From assembly GCF_009914755.1 (NCBI RefSeq), contig NC_060926.1: a stretch of DNA of 64,000 nucleotides; one strand, written 5' to 3'. The DNA comes from the human T2T-CHM13v2.0 reference genome, Homo sapiens. Shown here piece after piece: positions 14,955-28,130 of this stretch; within the stretch, counting starts at the first letter, position 1, and each line of letters begins with the position of its first letter. The position numbers and the translations under genes are program-made. The notes below the pieces were generated by a model. It saw only the letters and a program-made list of their open reading frames with translations, did no database searches and was not told the DNA's origin.

Positions 14955-16579
14955 GCTGCCTGAGACGCTAGACCCAAAGGCCAGGGCATCAGAGAGTACC
15001 CCAGCCCAGGCAGGGTGGTCCACCTGCAAGGTGCGGAGCAGAATAAATGTCAGGAAGAACTTCCCATGTAAACAACTGATAAAGAATTGGAATCCAAAGG
15101 TGGCATTTGGAACAACTGCATAAACAGAGACAATTGCCAGGCCTGGGAGTCCTCCCCTGAGAGATACGGGTGGCCGGTTCTTGTGAAGATGAAATAGATC
15201 AGGTTTATACAGGACTAAGAAGCAGCCCAGAAACCAGTGTCCCATTGCCTAGATTCCATACCCTGCCTCTATGAGGAGAAGGAACTAGAAATTGACATCA
15301 GAAACAGACGTAGGAGGGCTGGTGGGAGGGCGGTGGTGCTTTTAGCCTGCAGCATAGAATTAGACATTTTTAATATGTGACAGTTTTTGAGACCCAGTCC
15401 TTTAGTTGCTGTCTAAAAGAACTTCTCACATATTAGACTCCAGAAATAGACGAGTTCCTTCCTGCCCTCATCTATGATAATTTAGATTCGGATGCTCAGA
15501 GGAGAAAATCAGGAAGCCCCCTCCCTGTTCTTTCCAAGTGTGTGTAGACAGTGAGCCTGTGAGATTACTGCCCCCACAGTGGCCCTCTCTGACCATGCCC
15601 GTTACCTGGGGAGGGAGCAGAGCCACCTGCCCTCCACTCTCTGCCCTCCCAGAACCCCTAGGGAGACAGGCTGATACACAAAACTACCAGCTCAAGGGGA
15701 GGTCCTTAGGGAGAGATCACCCCAAAGCTGAGCCCGCAGCGGGCCCTCGCCCTACACAGCCTCTCTTCAGTGACAGCTCCAAGTGCTGCCCTGCTCTGCA
15801 CTGACCAGAGGCGCAGGGCACCTGGCAGCCTCCAAATTCCTCTCCAGGGCCAGTACCTGCTTTCAGGCCAGCATGCCGCTGGGGAAGAATGAACTGTGAG
15901 GTCCAGGCTCAGATGTCTTAGAGTCCCAGCAAGCGTGAGCTCTCTTCATCACCTACTGGGCTGCAGAAATGCGGCCCCGCACAAAACAAGCACCCCACCA
16001 GGGCACTTCTTGTTTTCTTTTTTTCTTTTTCAAACTATCTCTCAAAAGCACCTGATGCACAAGCAAGCATAAAGAAGCAAATCATTTCCCTCCTCTGCCC
16101 TTTATAACCAAAACAAAATGGAAATAAGAAATGGACATGGCTTCTTTGCAGCTTCTCTCCCGCATGCTTCCAGCAAAAGCCCCGGGTTTCTGTCCCCTTG
16201 GCCTGACCTGGCTCAGGTGTCTGCCCCTGAGGTTTGGAGGTTCCGATTGGCTGGTCCTGGAGTCAGGAGCTGTGGGTGCCACCAGAAGCACACATCTGAG
16301 TGTGACTCCCTAAAGGAAGATGGGGGTACGGTTCATGAACGAGGTGGTAGAGTGGCAGGCAGGCAACCCAAAATGCACCAGAGGCCAGGAATACAAAGGT
16401 TTGCTATTGACTTTCCAGATGTTAAGAGCCACATGTTCACCAGACCTTTACCTCTCCCCAGTGAGAAATGTGCTATCTAAACAGCAATCTCAAATCTGTG
16501 CTTCTCTCTGGCCCTCAAAAGGTCAACGAGAACAGAAATGTGGCTAAGGTAGCTAAGCGGTAAAGCTCCTTATAATGCA

Positions 16580-16700
16580 GGAGAAAAGGGGGAAGGAAAG
16601 AAGAGAGGGAGGGAGAGGAGAGGAGGGTGGAGGAGAGAAAGAAAAAAGAAGAGGGAGAGTGGGAGACAGGGAGGAAGACGGAGGGAAGAAGAGAGAATGC
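16580..16700. repeat. GA-rich polypurine low-complexity tract
   Basis: Read directly. Confidence 0.85.
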
Positions 16701-16849
16701 CTTCTCTAACATCTTACACACAGAGAGAAAAGTCCACCCACCAGTAGACACAACAGCAAAAGAGAAGAAAAATTTGCAGGTTTTGCAATGGAATCTGTGT
16801 CCACATCCCCCTCACTTTCTTGAAAACAGCAATTTTTTTCTGATTATAT

Positions 16850-19800
16850 CAAATTATCATTTTTATTATAAATTAACAAGCTATAGTTGTATATACTTAT
16901 GGGATACAAAGTGATACTTTGATTCATGAATACAATGTGAAGTCATTAGATCAAGCCAACAAATACATCCATCACCTCAAATATTCATCAGTTTTTAGGG
17001 TGAGAACACTTAAAATTTACTCTATTAGCAATTTTGAAACATACAATACACTATTATTTACTATATTTACCATGCTATGCAACAGATTTCAAAGAAAAAA
17101 ACTACTATTCCTCCTGTCTAACTGAGGCTTTGTACCCTTTGACTGTCATCTCCTCATGCTCCCAACCCCCAGCCTCTGTTACCGCCATTCTACTCTTCAT
17201 TTCAATGAGTTTGACTGTTTTAGATTTCCCATATAAGTAAGAACATGTGGTATTTGTCTTTCTGTGCCTGGGCATAATGTTTTTCTCTTCCATCTACGTT
17301 ACTGAAAATTACAAAATTTCTTTCTTTTTAAAGGCTGAATAGTATTCTACCGTGTATATATACAACATTATCTTTCTCCATTCATCTGTTGATGGACACT
17401 TAGGTTGATTTCATATTTTGGCTATTGTGGATAGTGCTGCAATGAACATGGAAGTGCAAATTTCTCTTCAACATACTTATTTCAAATCTTTTGGGTAAAT
17501 ACCCAGAAGTGGGATTGCTGGATCATACGGTAATTCTACTTTTAGTTTTTAGAGGAACTTCCATACTCTCTTCCATAATGGCTGTACTAATTGACATTCC
17601 CACCAACAGCCTACAAGGGTTCCCCTTTCTCCACACCCTCACCAACACTGCTACATTTTGTCATTTTGATAATAGCCATTCTGACAGGTGTGAGTTGATG
17701 TCTCATTGTGGTTTTAATTTGCACTTTCCTAATGATTAATGATGTTGAACATTTTTTCATATATCTGTGGGCCATTTATATGTCTTCTTTTGGGAAATAT
17801 CTATTCAGGTCTCTTGCTATTTTAAAATCAGATTTTTTTTTTTCTCCTAATAGAGTTGTTTGAGTTCCTTATATATTTTGGATATTAACCCCTTATTAGA
17901 TATATGGCTTGCAAATATTTCCTCCCAATCTGTGGGATGCCTTTTCATTGTTAATTGTTTCCTTTATCGTACAGAAGCTTTTTTAGTTTGATGTAATCCC
18001 CTTCGTTTATTTGTGCTTTTCTTACCTGTACTTTTGGAATCAAATCTAAAAACATCATTATGTAGACTAATGTAATTTTTCCCCAATATTCTCCTTCAGT
18101 AGTTTTATAGTCTCAAGTCTTGAGACATGGCTATTTTTTTTAATATTTTATGTTTAAATATTTAATCCATTTTGAGTTGATTTTTGTATATGGGGTGAGA
18201 TAAGGATCCAATTTTATTCTTCTGCATATGAATGTCCAATTTTCCCAGTACCATTTAGTGAACAGACTGTCCTTTTCCCATTGTCTATTCTTAGCACCTT
18301 TGTCAAAAACCTATTGACTGTACAGATGTGCATTCATTTTTGGGCTCTCTATTCTGTTCCATTGGTTAATGTGTCTATTTTTATGTCTGTGTCATGCTGT
18401 TTTAATTACTATCACTTTGTAGTATAGTTTGAATTCAAGTAGTGTCATGCCTCCAGCTTTGCTCTTTTTGTGTGTGATTTCCTTGGCTATTTGGATTTCT
18501 TTTGTGGTTTTGTATGAATTTTAGGATCATTGTTTCTATTTTATGTAAAATTACATTGGAGATTTTATAGAGATTTCATTAATTCTGTAGATTGTTTTGG
18601 GTAGCACAGATACTTTAACAATATTACTTCTTCCAATCTGTGAACATAGGATATCTTTCTGTTTATGTGTGTTTTCTTCAATTTCTTTCATCAACATTTT
18701 ATGGTTTTCAGTATACAGGTTTTCACCTACTTGGCTACATTTATTCTTAAGTTGTTTTTGTTTTTGAAGCCATTGTAAATGAGATTGCTCTTTTAATTTG
18801 TTTTTTGGAAAGTCTGCAGTGTCAACAAATCAATGGAAACTACTGATTTTTATGTGTTGCTTTTGTAATCCTCAACTTTACGTATTAATTTCTAAGTCCT
18901 AACAGTTTTTTGGTGAAATCTTTAAGGTTTCCTCTGTATGGGATAACAGACAGCAACAATTTCACTTCTTCCTTTCCCATTTGGATGCTTTTTATTTCTT
19001 TCTCTTGCCTAATTGCAAGGACTTCCAACATGATGTTAAATAGAAGTGGTGAGAGTAGGTTTCCTTGTCTTGTTCTGAATTTTAGAGGAAAGGGTTTCAG
19101 TTTTTCACCATTGAGTACAAGGCTAACTGTGTGCTTACCATATATATATGTTCTTTATTGTGTTGAGGTACATTCCTTCTATACCTAATTTGTTGAGAGT
19201 TTTTATCATGAAAGGATGTCAAGTTTTGTCAAATGCTTTTTCTGTGTCTGATGAGATGATCACAGGGTTTTTGTCCCTCATTCTGTTAATGTGGTGTATT
19301 GCATTTGTAGATTTACATTTGTTGAACCATCCTCCTATCCTGTGATAAATCCCACTTAATCATGGTGAATGATCCTTTTAATGTGTTGCTGAATTCAGCT
19401 TGCTAGTATTTTTTTGAGGATTTTTGTATCTATGTTCAACAGGGATCCTGGCCTGTAGTTTTACTTACCTATTTATGTATTGATTTATTTTTTGTAGTGT
19501 CTTTTTCTGGTTTTGGTGTCAGAGTAATGCTGGCCTCATAAAAAGAGTTTGAAGTATTTCCTCCTCTTTAATTTTTGGAAGAGTTTGTGAAAGATTGGTA
19601 TTAGTTATTCTTTAAATGTTTGGTAAAATTCAGCAGTGAAACCATGAGGTTTCTTAGGATCCTTTATATTTCTGTAGTATCACGTTGTATTATTTCCTCT
19701 TGTATTTCTGACTTTATTTATTTGTCCTCTCGTTTTTTCTTAGCTTAGCTAAAGGTCTGTCAGTTTTGTTTATCTTTTCTTTTTCTTTCTTTATTTTTTT

Positions 19801-20290
19801 TTTTATTTTTTGAGACAGAGTCGTGCTCTGTCACCCAAGCTGGAGAGCAGTGATGAGATCTTGGCTCACTGCAACCTCCACCTCCTAGGTTCAAGCAATT
19901 CTCATGCCTCAGCCTCCCGAGTATCTGGGACTACAGGTACACGCCACCACACCTGGCTAATTTTTGTATTTTCAGTAGAGACAGGGTTTTACTATGTTGG
20001 CCAGGCTGGTCTCGAACTCCTGGCCTCAAGTGATTCACCTCCCCTTGGCCTCCTTAAGTGTTAAGATTATAGGCATAAGCCACCATACCTGGCCACTTAT
20101 CTTTTCAAAAAACCAACTCTTGGTTTTATTAATCTTTTGTATTTTTTTTTAGTCTCTTTCATTTATTTCTCCTCTGATCTTTATTATTTTTTTCCTTCTA
20201 CTAACAATGGGCTTAGTTTATTCTTCTTTCTGTATTTCCTTGAGGCATGATGTTAAGTTGTTTGAGATCTTTCTCCTTTTTTGATGTAAA
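16850..20290 (-). mobile_element. L1MA-type LINE, ~3.4 kb 3' portion (3'UTR plus ORF2 end), with an internal deletion near 19650 and an Alu insertion
   Basis: Continuous antisense L1 text: aaaggctgaatagtattc, atacccagaagtgggattgctggatcat, acagaagcttttttagtttgatgtaatccc, aatagaagtggtgagagtagg. Confidence 0.93.
19775..20094 (-). mobile_element. AluSz/Sx inside the L1MA
   Basis: Alu consensus; TSD ttatcttttc. Confidence 0.95.
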
Positions 20291-20361
20291 TGGAAAACAC
20301 CAATTTAAATCCCTATTTAAATCCAATTGATATCCATGTTGACATGACTAGTAGTTACTGA

Positions 20362-20674
<313 letters not shown>

Positions 20675-20992
20675 CTGATTTTTTTTTTTTTTTTTTTTTT
20701 AAGAAATAAAGCAACTTCTCCCAGGCCATGTGGAAAAGCCATGTGTGAACCAGAGGAACAAGTGTGAGTAAATCTCAGCCCTCTGGGCAGAATGTTCTGC
20801 TGTTCGTGCTATTTCTTAATCACAAGACTGGCTGTGGATTGCAAACCTGTCACCTCTTTTTTACATTCCCAAACTCACCAAAATGCCTTTGTTAAATTTT
20901 CATAGTTTGACATTGAAATATTAACGTGCAGACAACTGGCCTTGTACAGTTTTGATTCTATGCTTTGCAGGACTTTCTGGGATTTGAGGTAA

Positions 20993-21446
<454 letters not shown>

Positions 21447-21888
21447 CCCCAGCTCTGTTTCTAAGCCTACTAACAAATCGTATTCACCCTTCATCATCCA
21501 TCCCTGAGGATACCCATGCCCACCTACATCCAGGATGGGTCCAGGTGGCCTTCCTCTGTGTACCCTGACACTTATCCAACTATCGTTCTATAGACTAACT
21601 ATATAGAATGATAGCAACTGTGTACTCCTTAAGTAGAAGAATCTAGAACATACCTATCTTCCTATCCTCAGCTCCTAGCACACTGCCTGACACACAGTAA
21701 GCATTCCACACATATTTGTTGAATGGATAAGTGAGTAAATGAGCAAGGTAATGAATATTTGTTTAGAAGTATTTCTGGAAGTTTCCTTAAAGCCACAGAA
21801 CTCTTTTCAGCAGATCATTTTGTCTCTGCATCCCTTCTGGATTCTGTATGTTCCTGGGATGCCTGGGTTATGTCCCACTGCATATGAA

Positions 21889-22207
<319 letters not shown>

Positions 22208-22479
22208 TAAGGACAGTCAGCCATGTGGTGGGGCTCCCTGTCACAGCTTTTTAGAACTGGAAGGATAGAGGCTTCTCAGAATGGCAAACAGATCACCCAA
22301 CATTTTCTGGCAAAACCGAAGTCTTGCTCTCTCTTATAGCTAGTGTCTCACTGAATTCTTGGCAAAGTAACGTTCTCCAAGCTGCTGGGGAAGTTACAGA
22401 GGATGGGCAGCATCTAGATGCCCCATGAGCCCCCATTTCCCAACACGGTCCCCTTGGAATCTCTCTCTTTCCCTCTTTC

Positions 22480-22875
22480 CATTCACTTCATTCTTTTCTC
22501 TCCAGCCTCACTGGTGTCATTTCAGTTCCCTGAGGGTGTGAAGCGCTTTCAAGCCTCAGGGTCTTTGCACATGCTGTTCCCTCTGCCCAGCACGCCCCTC
22601 TCCACTCCTTTCCCTTCGGGTCCAATGTCACCTCCCCTAGGGCCTTCTCCAGCCCTCCCACATAAAGCAGGTCTCACCTCATCCTAGTTCACAGCCCACT
22701 GTGCTTTCTTTTAGGATGCTTATCACCACCTGTAGGCTTTGTGGTTCCCCTTCTGCCTGGGTCCACTCTGGAATCTCAGCTGACTCTGTCTCACCAGGGC
22801 TCTCACTCCCTGGGGCCACGCTCGGGGCTGGCATGCAGCAGATGTCCAATAAGTATTTCTTGAACAAATGAATGT
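22480..22875 (+). mobile_element. L2 3' end
   Basis: cctcagggtctttgcacatgctgttccctctgcc...caataagtatttcttgaacaaatgaatg (L2 tail). Confidence 0.75.
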
Positions 22876-22932
22876 CATTCTGTAGGCTTGTGAATCATGT
22901 AAGCAGCATTTTCTCCCTCAACTTAAATCCAC

Positions 22933-23306
22933 TGTATTAGGCTGTTCTTGTGTTGCTATAAAGGAATACCTGAGACTGGGTAATTTATACAGAAAAGAGA
23001 TATATTTGGCTCACAGTTCTGTGGGCTGTACAAGCATGGCTCTGGCATCTGCTCAGTTTCTGATGAGGCCTCAGGGAGCTTTTACTTATGGTGGAAAGCG
23101 AAGTGGGAGCAAGAGAAAGAGGGGGAGGTGCCACATACTTTCAAAGGCCAGATCTCCCCAGTACTCAGTCACTATTGGGGGGACAGCACCAAGCCATGAG
23201 GGGTCTGTCACCATGACCCAGACACCTCCCACCAGGTCCCACCTCCAACATTGGGAGTCATATTTCAACATGAGATTTTGAAGGAACAAATATCCAAATT
23301 TTATCA
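22933..23306. mobile_element. MST (MSTB-like) MaLR solo LTR
   Basis: TG...CA ends; tgtattaggctgttcttgtgttgctataaaggaatacctgagactgggtaattta...cccacctccaacattggg...catgagattt. Confidence 0.92.
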
Positions 23307-25354
23307 CCAACAGAGGGTATGTATCTAGGCTTGCATTTTGATAACAGGTCCTCTCTCTGCATTCTGAGTCAGAGGCAACTAATTTAAAAATCCATTCACC
23401 CACATTGACGATTAAATTTCTACTCTTACAGATTCCATTTGAAAAATATCCTATGCCTTGTGTTCTTCTTTGCCCTTTAGCTGTGTTTTGTACATTTGTA
23501 TTCTATTTTCCCTGTGACATGGGCATTTTGGTCATTAATGATTTCACTTCACCAGAAGAACATTATTCTTTTTATTTCATTGCTGAGAATGTTTTTGTCC
23601 ATAGAGAGATATTTTCATTATGGGCCACATGCAATTTCTGAGTAGTTATTTCCTAATATGAAGTGTATTTTATAGGTGGTCAGAATGTTATAACATATTA
23701 GAGAGCTTATGTAGAGTTTGGGATAGCGTATATTACTTGGGAGTTATTCTTGCCCGGGCTGCTTTTTCTGGGAGTGTTGTATCTATTCTGAGAAGTCCTT
23801 GGAATGAATTGGTGGTGCTTGGTGTGATTGAACTGTTGCTGGTGTTAGTAACAGATGCAGCACATTGACTGTCAAACCTACCCCAATCTTTCCCTGCTCA
23901 TCTGTGTGCATCTTACTTTCCTAGACAACAGAGCCGCTGAGTACACCCCAACACAGAGGAGCCAGCGCTCACCGAGAGATTTGCCAAGTGGAGTCCTTTT
24001 GAGACATCCAAATTTCACTGTCTTCAACTTATTAATGTGAAACAAAGAATAACGTATATGTGTGTGTAAACACGAATAGTAACAGCTTATATTTGTAAAC
24101 AATGTGCCGTGTGCCCAGCACTACATTAAGCAGTCTCCATGCAGCACCTCCATTAATCCTGGGGAGCACTGTACCCACTTCAAGGTGAGAACACTGGTAC
24201 TGAGTGGCCCTGCTTTATGTCACCCAGCAGGTGAGTGGTGGGTCTGGCATTCAAAGCTGGGCAGCCTGATTTTAGAACCTACCACACTGTCTTTATACAT
24301 AGATGCATGTCCACGTATATATACCCACACACATCACGCACATATGTATCATCTACACATGCACGCACCCAACGCGTGCAAACGCTTGGGGAAAACCTCT
24401 GGTAGAGTATAATTCACTGTGAACTATGGAATCTGGGAAAGGGTAGGAACTTAGGATCGATGCTTACTTTTTACTCTACACATTTCTCTAATCATTTTAA
24501 TCCTTTGAAACAAATGTGTTATCTCTGTACTAAAAAAAAATAAAAACCCAAGTTATTGATTTTGCTGTATGTGTTCCCACTGGAAAGGCTTATTGAATAA
24601 TTGAATGTTATGAATGAATAGCTCATTTTTTTTTCTTTTGATCCAGAGGCCTTTAGAAGAGCAAGTAACAAAAACTGGTGGAAAAAAAGCACACATTCAA
24701 CAGGAAGCAACATCTAGAGACCTTTCTGCCTTCCAGGATACAAAAAGAAAACAGTTCATAAACAACTTACATCTAAACCAGTAATGTTGTCTCCCTGGCT
24801 CATAGGAGCTGAAGAAGAATTCCAGTTACTGTAGTAAGAATATAAGGTAATGTGTTCTTGTTTTTTTTTTCTTTTTTTTTTTAACCACTTTGTTTAAACA
24901 TTCTGACCTCTGTTAATTCCTCTCTAGGATGTGGACTGGTTTGAGGATGCTTGAGGCATGACTATAGCAAGTACTGCGCATACATATGTGGACATCGTAA
25001 GACACACTCTCTGCTTCCCCAGGCGAAATCTGTAATGCTTTGTTTATTCATGTTCTATTCTGCGTTTCCATGGCACTTTGTTCTTTGTGGTTTTTAGGGT
25101 ATCTTTCTCCCTCTCTGCTCAGTGAACTGAGCTGCCTGGACAGGCCTTGAGTTTTCTTATTCGATTGTTTTTTGTGTGTGTATGTTTTGCCTTAGCTCCC
25201 TCACTAGTATAGTCAAGGAGCTTTTCATGCTTTGAGCCATTTGTGGCATTTCAGGAATTACCTTCATAGCTTTTGTCCATTTTCTACTGGCTTGTCTTTT
25301 TCAATGTTTTTATAGGCATTTTTTAAAAAACACAGTGTGGATGTCATTTGGGAT

Positions 25355-25500
25355 AGCAGTACTAATAGTAGCTAAAACTTACTGAAAGCTACTGTGTGCC
25401 AGGCAGTCTGCTGAGCACTTTACATGCTGCCTTTCATTTTTACACTCATTTAGGAAACTGAGTCACAGAGAGGCGAGATAACTTGCCAGAGATTCAAGCA
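25355..25500 (-). mobile_element. MIR
   Basis: ctactgtgtgccaggca...aggaaactgagtcacagagagg. Confidence 0.7.
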
Positions 25501-26299
25501 CACTCCAGACACATCCCTACACCAATCAGACCTCCTAGCCACCCAGAAACTCTCCTCTGCTCGGAGGCTTCTCTGCTTCCTCCACCTGCCCCTTCGCCTC
25601 ACTGCCTCCTTTCAAAATCTGCGGCATGTATTTTAGGGATACTCGTATCCATTTTCAGGAATTCCATGATCTACACACAGATGACACCAAAATCGGAACA
25701 GCAATGTCCACCCTTCTCCCGAGCCCTAGGTCGGTGCCTCTGTCCACCTGTGTCTCCTGAAACTTCAACACAGACTTCAAATGGAGTGGCAGAAAACCAG
25801 ATTCCTTAGGGAAAGGAAGGTCTCCCAGACGGCAGGAGCGGCAGGCCTTAGGGGCAGCCGCAGGGGCTCGGGAGTCTGAACATACCCGGTTTGAATTCAG
25901 ACTCTGGCACGCCCCATGCGATCATAACATAGTGCTGCACGTCTCAAGCCACCTATAAAAACGGGGACAATAACAATATCTGCCTCGGGGTTAATGGTGA
26001 GGACTGACTGTGTGTGTCTCGCTCAGGACCAGGAGCAACAAATGTTGGCTTCTTCCCCGGCAAAGACCCGCGCTTTCTCCTGGGCTCCGGGTTCCCGGGG
26101 TGGGGGTGGGCGCAGTCCCGAGGGCCCCAGGCAGTGGCGCAGTGGTTAGACCCCAGCCTCTGGAGTCGGCCTCGGTTCAGATTCTGGTTCTACCCTTCTC
26201 CTCTGTGGCGAACCAACCCTCCGAGCTCTAGTTTACTCGTGTGAAATGGACTAGCCAAAATTGGGATTTTTTTTTTTTTTTAGGATTAGATGTGTCGGT

Positions 26300-28130
26300 C
26301 CATAGACGTTGCTGGCCACATAGTTAAGTGGTGCGTTCACTCACTGGGCATTGATGGAGCGCCTACTACGTGCCAGGCCTGTTTTACGCGCCGGGGGCCC
26401 AGAGGCGCCCAGGTCAGACAAAGTGTAAACGATTCCGACCAGAGCCCTTCAATCTGCATTCCGCTTCGCAGGAAACTCTCCTCCTTTTATGATTTTCAGC
26501 CGGACTGCCTTCCCTGTTGTTAGTTTGTAACTTTCGCTCCGGCCCCCGCAGCCTCGCGCCTGCCTTCCCTCCACTGTCCTCAGCCAAGGTGTAGTAAAGC
26601 GTCTCCGAACGCAGCGCGACCCTCGCCCACGCCCGCTCGCGGGGGGACCGCACCGCCCCAGGGGTCCTCGCTAGGGGTTCCCGGAGAAGGGGTGGGAGAT
26701 GGGGGTGCGGGGGGGCACAGGAGCGCGGGCCAGCACCCAGACCTGCTCGGTACCGGGGACCCAGACCCGAGGATGCCGGGCGGCCAAGGCCCCGCTACCC
26801 TGGCCGGCTCCGGGCGGAGGAAGAAGAGGAGGCGCCCAGACTGGATACCCGCCGGGACCCGGAGCCGCGGCACCACCCCCAGCCCGCCCCACGCTCGCCA
26901 GCCTCAGACGGCCGCGCCCCGCCCCGCCCCTCTCCCGAAGCCCCGCCCCGGCGCGGGACCACCCCCTCCGCGGCCTCAGCTCCGGTCCTGGCCCCGCCCC
27001 CCGCGCCCCCGCCCCCGCCCCCGCCCCCGCCCAGGCGCGGGACCACCCTCCGCCCGCCGAGGCGGGGGCCCAGCGCGCCCGGCACTCTCGGCGGTCCGGG
27101 CCCCTCGCCACTACCGCCGCCGCCGCCGCCGTGAGTCCCGCGGAGCCGCGCGCGCCCCCGGCTGGGCCGAGCCGCTGGCCGACGAGCGGAGCCTCAGGAG
27201 CCGGCGGGGACGCCATGCGAGCCAGGTAGGCAGGCGGCGGCGGGGAGCGCCTCGGGCGGCAGGGCCCTGGGGGCCGGCGGGGGCGCGGGGTCGTGCTCGG
27301 GGGCTTTGCACTCCCTTGCGGGCGCAGATCGTGCCGCGGGCGCCGATCGTGCCACCGCCGCCTGAGTTCGGGGCTGCGCGGGTGCCTGGGCGTGGGGCGG
27401 CTTCGGGGAAGCCTCGCGCGCCCCTCGCCGCTCCCCCGGGCGCTCGGGTCTCCCTGGTGCTGGTGGGCAGGGACCCGGCCCGGGGTTCCGGGCGCCGAGC
27501 CGCAGCCCTCCGCGTGCGCTCGGGCCGCCCCCCAACCCCGGCTCTGGCCACTTCCCGGCGGGCGGCCCTGCGGGGTGGCCTCCCTGGGCAACCGGACGCG
27601 TCCTCGGGCGCAAATCGGGGGGCGCGCTCGGCTCACGGGGGCCGTGGGGGCCACGGGAGGGCGTGGAGGGGTCGGGGCGCCCCCCTCGAGCGGCGCTGGG
27701 GAGGAGGGAAGGACGCGCGGTCTCCGGTTAAACTTGTTGGTGACAATGCATATTTCAACTTCTTCGGAGATCCCTCCTGTGAGGATGAAATTGAAAACTC
27801 CGGTTTCTGGCTTGGCGATCGGGTGACCGAGCAGCCGCGAGGTGACAGCGCCGGCGGCCCGCGGGCGGGGACCGGCTGGGATAGAGGCGCGTTGTTCTCT
27901 GAGCGATGTTTACCGAGAAGCCCGCTCCGCGGCACGGGCGGGTGTCAGTTGGGACCCCAACCCTGGGTCCCGCGGCTCCTAGCCCGGGGCCTGCGGTGTA
28001 GACGGGGGTTGGGGACAGGCCCAGCTGGCCCTGACCGGGTGTCGGGCGCCCAGAGATGCCGCGCGGGAGGAGCCGCGGGAGAGCCGCCGGACTCAGCGAG
28101 CAGAGGGTCGTGGAGCCTGATGGATCGATG
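26300..28130. promoter_or_regulatory. SH3BP4: CpG island promoter, TATA-less, with an Sp/KLF GC-box cluster at 26915-27058
   Basis: Very high GC and CpG density; repeated CCCCGCCCC; no Alu between ~22.2 and 31.6 kb; gene name from recall of the exon sequence. Confidence 0.9.
27072..27225 (+). other. SH3BP4: Non-coding first exon (5'UTR), probably SH3BP4 exon 1; contains (CCG)6 and an upstream ATG at 27215
   Basis: Directly follows the GC boxes and ends at a good donor CAG|gtaggc (27225|27226). Matches my recollection of the SH3BP4 mRNA 5' end (unverified). TSS position is approximate. Confidence 0.7.

Noticed and set aside
18910-19345. ORFs inside the L1MA
   Set aside because: Antisense frames of a decayed L1; the element is truncated, internally deleted and interrupted by an Alu
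23640-23860. G/T-skewed unique stretch suggestive of a NUMT or processed pseudogene
   Set aside because: I could not match it to mtDNA or a known protein, and there is no poly-A or TSD; BLAST would settle it
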